Assembly (NCBI GenBank): GCA_026413945.1
Contig: JAOAJX010000006.1
Span: 13,577-77,576 of the forward strand
DNA length: 64,000 bases
Origin: Candidatus Iainarchaeum sp.
GTDB lineage: Archaea; Iainarchaeota; Iainarchaeia; Iainarchaeales; DTGL01
Direction: 5' to 3'
Part shown: one piece after another, positions 27,101 through 37,000 of the stretch
Numbering within the stretch: position 1 is the first letter of the stretch
How the letters are laid out: each line of letters begins with the position of its first letter
Notes under the pieces: generated by a model
The model's input: only the letters and a program-made list of their open reading frames with translations
What the model was told of the DNA's origin: nothing
Database searches by the model: none
Position numbers and translations under genes: made by a program

Positions 27101-30100
27101 GTATGTGCTGACAGCTAAGGCAGTTGGTTACAAAGATGCTTCTTTCCCAATAGTAATTTCAGCAGAAAAGTTACTTTCAATAGAACCACAATTAGAAATA
27201 ATGCTAAATAAGGGCGAGAAACAAAGAAGCGCAAAGCTGAAGCTTACAAATGGCTCATTTGATGTTATAGATAAGCTTGGTTATGAAGTAAAAGGCCTAA
27301 GCGGGGATACAAGCGATTTTAACATCATAGTTGCTCTGCCTCCAAAAATAGATGTCAGCAGAACCATTGATATTGAAGTGGTTGCCATATATAAAGGAGA
27401 TGTTGAGAAAAGAGCATATGCTGAATTTGAACTTATTGTTAGTGGATCTGAAAACCCAGTAGTAACTGCAAAAAGCAAAATAAAGGTTTCATACAATAAA
27501 GAGATTCCACCAGAGTGCATTGAGATTGACAAAAGTGAGGCTGAGATGCATTTCTCAGGAATTGCTGGCTCAGCTGAAGTCTTGCCTTTGACAATAACAT
27601 ACAAAAATGAAGCCTTTTGCAATAAGCCGCTTACATTCACGCCCAAGATGAAAAGCGATGATGATAAGCTTGTGCTAAGTGCACAGCCCTTCACCATAGT
27701 GCCTGGTGAAAATAAGACTATTGAGCTGAAAATAACAAACAATGCAGAAAGAGTGGGTGTGTTTGAGCAAAAAGTAGAAGCTACGGTATTCCTAGAAGCA
27801 CCCGAGGTTACGAAAAGCATTAGCTTGGGGATATTATTTACAGATCCTGCTTATGCGCTCCAGACGAATGATAACATACCGATATTCATGAGTTTTGATG
27901 TTGCAAAAGGCAGCTTTAGCGGAACAGCACCTTTGTTTGCGAAGAACTTTGGCAAAAAGGTTATTGAAAATATAAGGTGGAGCGTTAAGCCACCACAGCA
28001 GATTGAAATTTATATAACTTCTACAACCGGCAGTGGTAGTGGACAGCCACAGAACATTCCCAACCAGCAAATGCCTGGAATGCAAAATTTCATGCAAGCA
28101 CCAAACACGCCTTACATACAAGGAAACCCTTCAATGGCCGGAACCCAGTTTGCTGTAACCCTTGCTCCAGGCGAAGAAATGGAACCAAAAACAGTATTGG
28201 CAACAAGCACTGCAGCTAACCTCACAAGAGGGCCTCACAAGGGCGAGATAATACTGACTGGAACTGTCGATGGCAAGCAGTTCCAAAAAGTAGTTTCGAT
28301 ATGGGTATTTGTTTCAACAGCACAATGCATAAAAGTTGCCCCAGCTGATGAGCTTTACTTCTCAAGTGAGGATTCATCTCAGGGTGTAATAGCAAAGAAG
28401 ATAACAATAAAGAACGAATGCGGAGAAGTAGCCAGGAACTTTATCCTAAAGCCCCAAAACCTTGGAAACAACACTTTGAGCATAACACTTCTTGGCAATA
28501 AGGACTTTTTGTATCCTGATGAAAGTGCACAAGCACAAATAGTTCTTACAAAGCGCGGTGATTACTTCAATGCTCAAAGGCCTGATAACATAATTGTTAG
28601 TGTTTTCCTAGTAAATAGCCAGAAATTTGTTGATTCTAATCCCTTGCCTGTGCTTATTGAAGTAGGAAAGAAGCCAGATGTATCTGCTGGTCCAGTTTAT
28701 AAAGAAGTGCAAATACCTGTTTGCGGCGAAACATCTTCAGTTAAAAAATCAGTCCAGTTCCCTGTAATGAGTGCAGATATTGGCTGTGATTCTGGCTACT
28801 GCGACGCAGTGCAGCTTTCTGGCTATATTGTGGAGCGCATAAAAGGTGTGATGCAAAAAGTTGACAAAGTGCTGCAGCAAAACGATTTGGTGAGCAGCTA
28901 TGCTATGTGCAGCCAGTTGGAAGGCTTCTGCAGCTTTTCTGCAATGGGCATAGTGCCTGAAGTTTACACAGTTTATATGAGAAATGATTCTTTTGGAAAA
29001 GAAGTTCTGCAAAGAAGGGTTGAAAGCTCAAAGGAGTTTGCAACATTTGTAACAGAATATTTCCAAGGCGATGTTAGTGAGATAGTAAAGAGCGCAACTG
29101 GTTTCACAACAAGCAAAATATTCATGACAAAGCCTCTTGTTGGCTGCGGTCGCTATAAGATATCAATACAAGGCGCTGTGCAGAATATTCAAGGGCGTTT
29201 GTCAAGAGAAAACTACTTTATACTTGTAAAAATTGTTGAAGATAGGAAAGTTACGCCTGAGTGCATGATGCGTATCCAAAACATTGCAAATTTCTTACCA
29301 TTAGATCGTGGGCTTGCTGCTGACAAACATTATAATACCTGGCTCGGAACAACCGAGGGTTTGGATGCCACACGTAAAGCAGCTGAGCTTTTTGCACAAA
29401 AGCTTTTTGATGATAAGAGCAGAGTTAATGTTGCATATCACACGAATAAGCTTAAAGTTATTCTCGGTGAAATACCTGAAAGCGGCATTGCAAAGATTTC
29501 AATGAACCAGGTATCGCAACAGCAGGCACAGCCTGCAACCCTTGGCGTTACAATAAATAAGCTTTATGTTACGCTTGACGAAAAGATGCAGGATGAAATG
29601 ATTGCAAAAGCATCTGAAGCGCTTAAGCAACTCATGGAGGGCTCATTTACTGTTGAGGGCTGCATAACAAAGGATGACTCTGCACTTGTAATATCAAAGC
29701 TCGAGCACACCGGCGACCTTGACATTGAGAAAGCATCAGACACAATTGAACTTTACTATAGTATGCCTATGTGCGTTGATATGAACGTAGTTAGCACAGT
29801 TCTTGAGCCGGTGGTGCTAAAAACAAGCTTTGCTTCGATGAAAGACAATGAAAAAGCAGGTATTCAGGATGTTTGGATTGAAGTCGATGGCAAGAGAATT
29901 TCAGAGTACTCTGAAAGGCAGGAGGGGACGCCAATCACACTTGAAAAAGAGGGTGGAGAAGAAAGCAAAAAGTTTAAGAAAAGCTTTAAACTATGCGTAA
30001 AGGCAAATGATGCTTACTTTGAGCTTGCTGCAGGCAAGAAGATTGGTGTGAAAGCCAGAAGCGTTATATTTGCAACTAAGGAGATGCGCTCATGGAAGGA

Positions 30101-32252
30101 AGTAACACTTGAGCTTTGTGGGATACACCCATATAAGCTAATTCAAAAGATGTCTAATGAAAAAGTAGAGCCTGGCAAAAGCAAGGTTTTTTATGCAACG
30201 GTTGGCTGGAAAGGCGAGCCAAATGAGATTGACTTTGCTGCTACAACTAGGGGTTTGACTGCAAGCGATCGCTTGAAAAGAGCACAAGAGCTCATGGAAG
30301 ATGTTGGCAAAGGCGGCCGCATTGATGATTCGCCAATAGGCCAGAAAATATTGGGCCTGAAAAGGCAGGGTTATGGGCTTTATTTCGGTGCTTGCTTAGC
30401 CGTATCTTTCATCTGCCATGTAGTTACAGGTTTAGATCCTCTTGGCATTAGGGCTCTAATAAATGCCATGATCGACTGTTTGCCTGCAACAATAGGGGGG
30501 CTTTTTGGCACTACAAAAGCGGGGCAGGGGTTCCAAAAAGCTTTAAACGATGCTTGGGAAAAGGTTAAATCAAATCTTAGATGGTTCTATGCGCCATGGA
30601 GCAGCGGAAAGGCAACTCCAAATACAGAAGCGGGGCTTTATGGGCAAGCAATGGATGAATTCTGGGATAATGCAGTGCCTGCTGCAATATTGGGCTTTGA
30701 GGCAGATTGGCTTGCAACAGAATTGCGCTCTTATGTTTACTCAAGAGGTTGGGCAAACAAGACAATAGGTAGCACCGAAGCCATAGATACAATTGCTGAA
30801 CAGATGGCAAAAGATGCAACACAAAAGTTTACCTCAAAGTATCTAAAAGGTGTTACGACGGCAGCATCGGATGATTTTATTAATGCTTTTACCCCTCAGT
30901 TACAGAGTTCATTACAAGAAAGCATTTCAAGCACATTAAGAAAAAACAGCAGCATGACATTTGGAAAACTTATTCAAGATAAAGCGGTTATGCAAAGCAT
31001 GTGGCAAAAGGCAACGTCGGATGAGAAAATAAAAACGCTTGTTTACAGCAAAGGGTTTGGCCGCGGAGCAGAAATAGAAAAACTTATTAGCAGCCACGCT
31101 GAAGATTTCCTTAGAAAAAGCGTTGATCCTAAAGATATAAAAGAAATTTTTGGCTCAAGCTCTGTCAGCCAAGAAGATCTCGCAAAGGCAATTGTAGATC
31201 AGATAGATAGCGCTGGATACAAAACATATGGAGTTAGGTTAACAAAGGATGTGCGAAAAGGTCTAATTAGTTCAGCAAAAAAGGGTATTAGCAAGGGTCA
31301 TATTTATGCAGATAGTATAGAGGGACAAGTGAATAATGCCTTAAAACACATACATATGGATAGAAGTAATGAGCTCATGCAAATTTATGGGCAAAATGTA
31401 CTTGACAATCTTGATGATGTAATGGCCCAACCAAAGCAGCCCGGGGCTTTTAAGAGAATGATTGAGGCAATGAAAACAAGGAGCTTTTGGGCACGCTTGG
31501 CAAAAAGCATTGCCTGTGGCGCTGTTTCAAATGCTGCAGGATATGCTGCTTATTCAAGCCATGTAAAAGGCGGGATTGAAGAACTTATGGACAAGGGGTA
31601 TATTCCAGAGGCGGGAGTCAGCGTTGGAGATCCTTCAAAGCTTATCAGCGGCTACACAGGCCCTAAACTTATGAAAAATAGGACTTACAAGATAACAATA
31701 AGCAAGGATGATTACGGAAACATAAGCTACAATCTTGAGCTTGTGGATACAGAAAAAGAAATAGAAGAAATGCGCGCTGCCATAAGCAAAAACCCTTCTG
31801 CACTGTGGCGCGAAGATTGTAAAGAGTACCGTGAAAAAGGCCTTTCTGAAATGGTCGGTTGCTTGGCACCAAAAACAGGTGATTACATAAAGCCAGAAGA
31901 GGTTGTCGCTTACTACAAAAACAGCGGCTTTATAAGGGAAGCTTCAATACAATTCAATGTGCACGAAGCGCTGATAATGGCTGCGCTTACAACAAGATTT
32001 GAAAACTTCGAGCCGTGCCCTGTAAACCAGAAATGGTACGAAGGCGAAGACAGTGAAAGAAAGCTCACCATAAAATGCGTAGCAATGCACATAAGTGAGA
32101 AGCTTGCAGCAAATCAGGATAATATAAGGTCTGCATTTGAAGTCCTTAGCAAAGAAAGGTCTGCTGATAAAGCAAGAGCCTACGCGATGGATGTCGAAGC
32201 TAAATACAGGATGTGGAAAACATACGACACATGCAAAGGAGAAGGGGGCTAA
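24174..32252 (+). CDS. Giant (2692 aa) type-II membrane surface protein, paralogue A of four. It has an N-terminal cytoplasmic segment and a single TM, then tandem prealbumin/Ig-like domains, a conserved central module and a helical C-terminal region.
   Basis: The N-terminus is ...EEKWFELLKALQEKGIP...LPFTIAIIILLLVILFSFSF. About 10 or more ~85-aa beta-rich repeats follow (for example SLTVTIRDDQGQSLSDVKLELYNDDGQ). Motifs shared with giants B-D are NKWLELYF, ALYAETK...ASCSEELC and CDSGYCDAVQ. A Q/N-rich linker lies at about 28020-28140 and a hydrophobic segment at 30364-30515. Confidence 0.85.
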   Translation: MLTDKLGSIYAGIEEKWFELLKALQEKGIPAYSYAEFLESRGIPSLPFTIAIIILLLVILFSFSFGGAYTDVSLTVTIRDDQGQSLSDVKLELYNDDGQTLKSETVQSGYKIELKRVKIGSTITASASKSGYRSASAEKEINSKTATISITLKREARLVSAKVRLIDELTSTLIRDARCEVSFDKNTLGITRDYDGLFLVNVPQKTDVVLKCTANGYEDLQEAMRFDDGEIKVVKLKPKSVDVNLSTLLISVYDEETKQLIKGTSIRIINSSTGVTITDINSQSGDYTEKIKINTQVRIIVEKAGYMSYVEDFTIRTAEVVKKIYLKKGGAQLIVNVTSKDGIVQVNADVSLFDSNFQLVSAKKTAVLGNAAFDGIDPNRDYYFNAFKEGFLPAYGRISAGTKSLDIKLEKPTAQNSALVKITVRNSSGNITNNAALKYYRIINAFKIPLGIPVRKTGLTGTIIETLPEGTFLIAAETEVEYGEKEITVMAGIDQQVDINMSRKPNFVELRLIDGNGMPLKGEVIVKSKSGKTLFAGNVNGGAIFDSEMNESFLVSVKTPDGKTFEQEVRVGANNVAEVRLGADKKELTDGVKPIIEFAGVFDSGGKSIEGVTAGEFAWLRFNVSFPQGEKTGIHIRVGPDSIASADAQEIGIFGFDGNASSFVYGKSYQAPLGEQKDLASKGAANERNKWLELYFNKAPSQTAVSIKVKTDNISREKDFEVHYRAWSEIGTKVFRDPADSVLGNEKTSNAKQALYAETKIARVKVFEGKASCSEELCIALALIDSNNVKVKEDGFSAVEGQTYALEISVNSGKKMSAEIVVRSENSNVLLSELTEDVLSFSPKGEFSKTELRGSLKLEANSSKIVRAYFKGKSAGTATLEALVRSGDLNANKKISFNVTGSKEMLAEIYKKGEIKAGEKLRVTLRDSETKDPITNAFVSITREGEVLLSTTGNNTNENGANGIYVLGIDKLSPGKYVLTAKAVGYKDASFPIVISAEKLLSIEPQLEIMLNKGEKQRSAKLKLTNGSFDVIDKLGYEVKGLSGDTSDFNIIVALPPKIDVSRTIDIEVVAIYKGDVEKRAYAEFELIVSGSENPVVTAKSKIKVSYNKEIPPECIEIDKSEAEMHFSGIAGSAEVLPLTITYKNEAFCNKPLTFTPKMKSDDDKLVLSAQPFTIVPGENKTIELKITNNAERVGVFEQKVEATVFLEAPEVTKSISLGILFTDPAYALQTNDNIPIFMSFDVAKGSFSGTAPLFAKNFGKKVIENIRWSVKPPQQIEIYITSTTGSGSGQPQNIPNQQMPGMQNFMQAPNTPYIQGNPSMAGTQFAVTLAPGEEMEPKTVLATSTAANLTRGPHKGEIILTGTVDGKQFQKVVSIWVFVSTAQCIKVAPADELYFSSEDSSQGVIAKKITIKNECGEVARNFILKPQNLGNNTLSITLLGNKDFLYPDESAQAQIVLTKRGDYFNAQRPDNIIVSVFLVNSQKFVDSNPLPVLIEVGKKPDVSAGPVYKEVQIPVCGETSSVKKSVQFPVMSADIGCDSGYCDAVQLSGYIVERIKGVMQKVDKVLQQNDLVSSYAMCSQLEGFCSFSAMGIVPEVYTVYMRNDSFGKEVLQRRVESSKEFATFVTEYFQGDVSEIVKSATGFTTSKIFMTKPLVGCGRYKISIQGAVQNIQGRLSRENYFILVKIVEDRKVTPECMMRIQNIANFLPLDRGLAADKHYNTWLGTTEGLDATRKAAELFAQKLFDDKSRVNVAYHTNKLKVILGEIPESGIAKISMNQVSQQQAQPATLGVTINKLYVTLDEKMQDEMIAKASEALKQLMEGSFTVEGCITKDDSALVISKLEHTGDLDIEKASDTIELYYSMPMCVDMNVVSTVLEPVVLKTSFASMKDNEKAGIQDVWIEVDGKRISEYSERQEGTPITLEKEGGEESKKFKKSFKLCVKANDAYFELAAGKKIGVKARSVIFATKEMRSWKEVTLELCGIHPYKLIQKMSNEKVEPGKSKVFYATVGWKGEPNEIDFAATTRGLTASDRLKRAQELMEDVGKGGRIDDSPIGQKILGLKRQGYGLYFGACLAVSFICHVVTGLDPLGIRALINAMIDCLPATIGGLFGTTKAGQGFQKALNDAWEKVKSNLRWFYAPWSSGKATPNTEAGLYGQAMDEFWDNAVPAAILGFEADWLATELRSYVYSRGWANKTIGSTEAIDTIAEQMAKDATQKFTSKYLKGVTTAASDDFINAFTPQLQSSLQESISSTLRKNSSMTFGKLIQDKAVMQSMWQKATSDEKIKTLVYSKGFGRGAEIEKLISSHAEDFLRKSVDPKDIKEIFGSSSVSQEDLAKAIVDQIDSAGYKTYGVRLTKDVRKGLISSAKKGISKGHIYADSIEGQVNNALKHIHMDRSNELMQIYGQNVLDNLDDVMAQPKQPGAFKRMIEAMKTRSFWARLAKSIACGAVSNAAGYAAYSSHVKGGIEELMDKGYIPEAGVSVGDPSKLISGYTGPKLMKNRTYKITISKDDYGNISYNLELVDTEKEIEEMRAAISKNPSALWREDCKEYREKGLSEMVGCLAPKTGDYIKPEEVVAYYKNSGFIREASIQFNVHEALIMAALTTRFENFEPCPVNQKWYEGEDSERKLTIKCVAMHISEKLAANQDNIRSAFEVLSKERSADKARAYAMDVEAKYRMWKTYDTCKGEGG

Positions 32253-32257
32253 TTTAA

Positions 32258-33949
32258 GTGAAAGTCCGTGGTTTTAATCTGTTTACAGCACTACTCGCAA
32301 TGATAATTGTCGTAACAAGCTCCATGCTTGTGCTAATAATGATACAAAATGAAAGAAACGCGAACACCATTGTCGAAAATGCAACAAGTGATGCTAGGCT
32401 TGAAGCGGTTATAAGGACAATGCGCACAGATGTGCTCAATTCTTTCAACCATTATGTTAGGGAAGAAATAGAGTACTACACAAGCATGAATCCCATTCCA
32501 ATAGAAGATCTCTCTGTTTGGGAGGATTGGGATACACTCATAAGGTATTTTATACACGGTTACTTTGGACGTAGTGGTTCACCCATGTTTGCATCACAGA
32601 TAGCAAACAGCATGCCAGAAATGATAAGAAGCTACCGCGAAACCCTAACTTATGAAGCACGTTACAAAGTTGAAGTTGTCGGCGACGATGAAAAGTTAAA
32701 GGATGCAATACTTGAGCTAATACTTGTATCAGCAGAAGAAGATGATTTCATTGAGGTAATTCAATGTGATGGCACACCGCAGGGCTGCCCCATTGGAAGC
32801 TTTTATATTAATCTTAGAATAACAAAGCTGAGCAATGAAAAATATGAAAGCTTGCCAAGGATTGTGGTGCAAGACCTTGTAACAAAAAAAGAGATTAGGG
32901 AAATAATACTTCCAAAGGCAGACCTAAAGATGTATGTCCCATCACGGCTTTTTAAGGCAATGGCTTATACGAGATATTTTATGCATACTGACTTAACTAA
33001 TGTAAATTCTTCTAATGATTATGGTTATTTATCTCCAAGAATACACAATGAGATTGATTCAATGGCTTTAGGCATCTGTGACTATGGATTTTGCAAACCT
33101 CGGGAAAATCCATACTTTCCACCAACTGCAAGGTTTATTGAGGACAAAGGATGTCCCAATAGCGGCAGAAATCAGTTAGATAAAGTAATTGGGAATTTTA
33201 GAGGCCATTCTTTTGTCTATAACCCATCAGATGGTGCTGATTTAAGAGAATCTCTTGAGAAGCTTGTAAAGATGCGCATATGCGATCTTTCTGCAAAGCA
33301 TGTTGCACCTTTAAGCACAGATAAATTCACAGTTGCGAAGGGGCCTTCTGTGGAAGGCGTTGATTGCTATGTTACGTTTGATAGGGTTTCAGCAACTGCT
33401 ACATCTGCGAAAAAAGTAGAATATTCTTTGCCGGGCCTTACTTTACCAGGCATAATGCCACCCCAAGAGCCAAACAATCCAAGTGCATGTCCCTTCAATT
33501 TCAACTTACCACAAAACCGAAATTTGGGGTACTACATAGAAGGAAGCAAAATTAAGTGGCCGTCAGAGAAAACAATTAGCGTCCATCAAGACGTTTGTAG
33601 TGCACTTTTAGCTACTGTGCCAGGCCTTGAACAAAAGCTAAGGTTTTGTGGTGTTCAAAATTGGAGTTGTTGTGCAGAGATTGCTGAAGCTACCTTTGTA
33701 GTTACTTTTATAGAAGGCGATGCAAACTATAAGGTAAACAAGAACAGGAATGTGAGATTTATGTTCCAGATTCCTGACATGAGCTACACGCCATTTAATC
33801 CAAATTACACTTCTGGATCAGTGCTTGGAACGCTTGGTTGTGCTTTAGAGCATCAGCCGAGATTACAAAGCTGCAACCCAGATCAATGGACTTGCCAAAC
33901 ATATGAGTATCAGGGCAATGTATATGGCTGCTATCCAAAAGTGCCATAA
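32258..33949 (+). CDS. Pilin-like, Cys-rich 563-aa protein with a class III signal peptide-like N-terminus.
   Basis: A GTG start is preceded by a strong SD-like ggagaaggggg about 10 nt upstream. The N-terminus is MKVRG|FNLFTALLAMIIVVTSSMLVLIMIQ. There are more than 20 Cys in the C-terminal half (CDGTPQGCPIG, CDYGFC, CGVQNWSCC). The start lies 5 nt after the stop of giant A. Confidence 0.6.
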   Translation: MKVRGFNLFTALLAMIIVVTSSMLVLIMIQNERNANTIVENATSDARLEAVIRTMRTDVLNSFNHYVREEIEYYTSMNPIPIEDLSVWEDWDTLIRYFIHGYFGRSGSPMFASQIANSMPEMIRSYRETLTYEARYKVEVVGDDEKLKDAILELILVSAEEDDFIEVIQCDGTPQGCPIGSFYINLRITKLSNEKYESLPRIVVQDLVTKKEIREIILPKADLKMYVPSRLFKAMAYTRYFMHTDLTNVNSSNDYGYLSPRIHNEIDSMALGICDYGFCKPRENPYFPPTARFIEDKGCPNSGRNQLDKVIGNFRGHSFVYNPSDGADLRESLEKLVKMRICDLSAKHVAPLSTDKFTVAKGPSVEGVDCYVTFDRVSATATSAKKVEYSLPGLTLPGIMPPQEPNNPSACPFNFNLPQNRNLGYYIEGSKIKWPSEKTISVHQDVCSALLATVPGLEQKLRFCGVQNWSCCAEIAEATFVVTFIEGDANYKVNKNRNVRFMFQIPDMSYTPFNPNYTSGSVLGTLGCALEHQPRLQSCNPDQWTCQTYEYQGNVYGCYPKVP

Positions 33950-34059
33950 ACAGAATATTAAAGGACATTTTAATGCATTTAAATTAAAGATAAGATTAAT
34001 AAATCACAAATAACTATATAGATACCAAAAAAGCCATTAAAGATAGGCGGTTGGTTTAA

Positions 34060-37000
34060 ATGCCATTTACTGAAGCGCTCAAGGAAAAGTGGGAGAATTT
34101 TAAGTTTTGGCTTGAGGAACACAACATCCCAATACCTTTATTTTTTATATTAGTTATTTTAGCGATAGTTGCGCTTGCGTATTTTTTAATAACCATGTTT
34201 TTACCTACAGAAGAAGTATATTATTCTCTTAAAATAACTGTTTTGGATAGGCAAAATCAGCCCATAAGCAACGCTACTGTCACAATTAAAAGCGAGTTTT
34301 TTAAGGAAAAGACAGAGAAAACAGATTCTAGGGGCAGAGCATCTTTTGAACTGCCAGCAAAGAAAGAATTTACAGCAATAGCAACCTATCAAGAGAAATC
34401 TGCTTCGCTAAAAATGTCTCTTGAAAGTGACAGGGAAGAAAAAATTGTGCTTCCAATTGAAATCGTTACTTATGCTGATAAAAAAGTAATATTTTACAAA
34501 GGTGAAACTTCTGAGAAGGCAACCGAGATAAAAGATTTTTCAGCATATTGCTCAAAAGCTGAGTGGAACAAAAACCTTTTGGCTTCTGGCGGTGAGGCCA
34601 CTCTTGAAAAAATACCAAGTGACTGCGGAACATTAACATTGCGCATCGGAAGTGAGATATATACAACAACAGACGTAAGTGCAAGGCCTTTTGAGGTCAG
34701 GGTTAAAAGCATTGCAACCAAAGGCAGCATTCTTGCAATAATAAAAAGCTTAGAAACTGGGCTTGCTGTAGGTGCTGGTGAAGTAAGTGTTTCCCTAATC
34801 AATGAATTTGGAATTACTATAGAGGGCCCTCTACCAAGTAGTGCCGCTGGCTCTGTTACTTTTACTGATATTGAACCTGGCAAGTATGCTGTAAGCGTCT
34901 CTGGGGCTGGAAAATATAAAAGCACAACAAGTGAATACAAAGAACTAAAGGGCGCGGGACAAGTAATATTTGATGTCAGTTTACAGCCTGCTGAAAAGGT
35001 TTATAACATAAAAGTGCGAGTATCTGACACAAAAAGCCAACCAGTAAAGGCAATGCTCGAACTCAGAGATCTTTCAAACAATATCATAGTGCAAAGCAGA
35101 TATGCTGATGACAAAGGCGAATACACATTCAAAGTTGATGAGAACAAAAGCTATAACCTTATAGTGAAAGTCGGCGAATGGGTTGAAAATTTCAATGTGA
35201 GGCCTAGCGAATCTTTTTACGATATAACATATGATGAATCAAAGCTCAGTAAATGCGCAACATTATTTGTTTATGTGAAAGACTCTGAAGAAAAGGCACT
35301 TGAAAAAGCAAAAGTGGAAATCTTCAAAAAGAGCAATGAATCTGCTGGTCTACAATGCTCTACAGGTGCAGACGGCAAATGTGAATTTTACAACCTGCCA
35401 GAGGGCCTTTACTATGCCAAAGCATCTTTTGCAAATTATCCGCCTGTGCAAAGCGGAATTTTTGAGGCAAAAGCAAACATGCAGAAGCCGATTGAAGTTG
35501 TAATTAAAATAGAGATTCCTAAAGCTCAATTCGAGTTTGTTGTTTATGGAGAAAACGATGAAAGATTGCAATCAGTAAACATAACTGCTTATGACTCTGC
35601 CTCAAGCAATATTCTGGGAGAAAGTAAAACTGATACAAACGGGGTTGGTAAAATTTCAGTTCTTGCAGGCCTGAAGCCATACTTTGTTATAGACGCAGAA
35701 GATAGTGATTACCTACCTTATATAACAATGCCAATGAGCGCAATTTTCGGCATTAAAACAACTAGGGAGATAAGATTAGTAAGAGGAAAAACACTGAAAA
35801 TAATTTTTGACGGCCTTAAATCGCAAGATGGTAATGCGGAAAAAACACTAAGTGCTGGTAGTGCCTATAATGCAAAATTCAGACTGATTGTACCAAATAA
35901 AGGTTATACTAGTGCGGGCATTTTTGTTATTTCCGGCAATGACATTTCTGGTAAAACAAACTTGATGGAAGAAGACACAACCTATCTCGGTGGCATAAAA
36001 ACCTCTGCAACGAGAATCTCGCGCGGAACCTCTTATACGCCACCGACAGGAACAGCCACAGACCTTGAAAGTGCTACAAATGAAAATGCTAAATGGGTTG
36101 AGATGGAATGGTCACTATCAAGGTTGGGCGTAAGTGGTGGTGTGTTTGAGGCAGAGGTTGAGTATTTTGTAAAGGAAGGAATTTCTGCTGGTGAGTTAGC
36201 AAAGATTGGTTATAGAGGATATGCGCAAGCAGATAGTGTAGACAGAGATCCTAAAGACAATATCTTGGGAAATAAGAAAAATTCACCTGAAAAGCATGCA
36301 CTGTATGCTGCAACATATAGCTTAGTTTATTCAGTGGGCGAAACAAACCTTTGTGATGGCAAGTTCTGCAAGAGCTTTTCCATAGAAGATATTCAAAGAA
36401 GAACCAAAAGCTTTGTAACAGATACCTATTCTGCACAGCTTAATAGCAACTACCGCCTTAGCTTTGTGATTAATAGGCAGGCCGGATCTTCAGGCAATGC
36501 AACACTTAGAATATTTGATGAGCAGCGCGCATTTAGCTATGGTAAATATGAGGTTATAATCCCTGATGGTTCTGAACAAAAAGGAACTGCGGAAAAGGAG
36601 CTATTGGTAAATTTGGGCTCATTTAGGCAAAATTCATCAGTATCGGGAACGCTGCAGTTTTCTACTTTGAAGGAAGGGGATATTCCTTTAAAAATTCTTA
36701 TAGAAGACGCATCTGGAATTGTATTTGAGCATGTGATAACAATAAAGGTAGCGCCTGCAAGAGAACTTTCTTTAGATGTTGTGCCAAAAATACTTATAGC
36801 TTTGGTAGATAATGAGGTGCTCTTTAGGTTTACAGATAAAAATACTGGTGAACCAGAAAGCAATGTTTCAGTTACGCTTTATCTCGATGATAAGATCATT
36901 GCTTCGGGAATTACAGATTACGATGGAGTTTTACCATACAAAATTGAATCACCCTCTGCTGGCTCTGTTTTAAAAGTCGTTGGTAGAAAGACCGGCTTTA

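Noticed and set aside
28020-28140. Q/N-rich low-complexity stretch in giant A (GSGSGQPQNIPNQQMPGMQNFMQAPNTPYIQGNPSMAG) as a prion-like or amyloid domain.
   Set aside because: It is too short and resembles a flexible interdomain linker. There is no support beyond composition.
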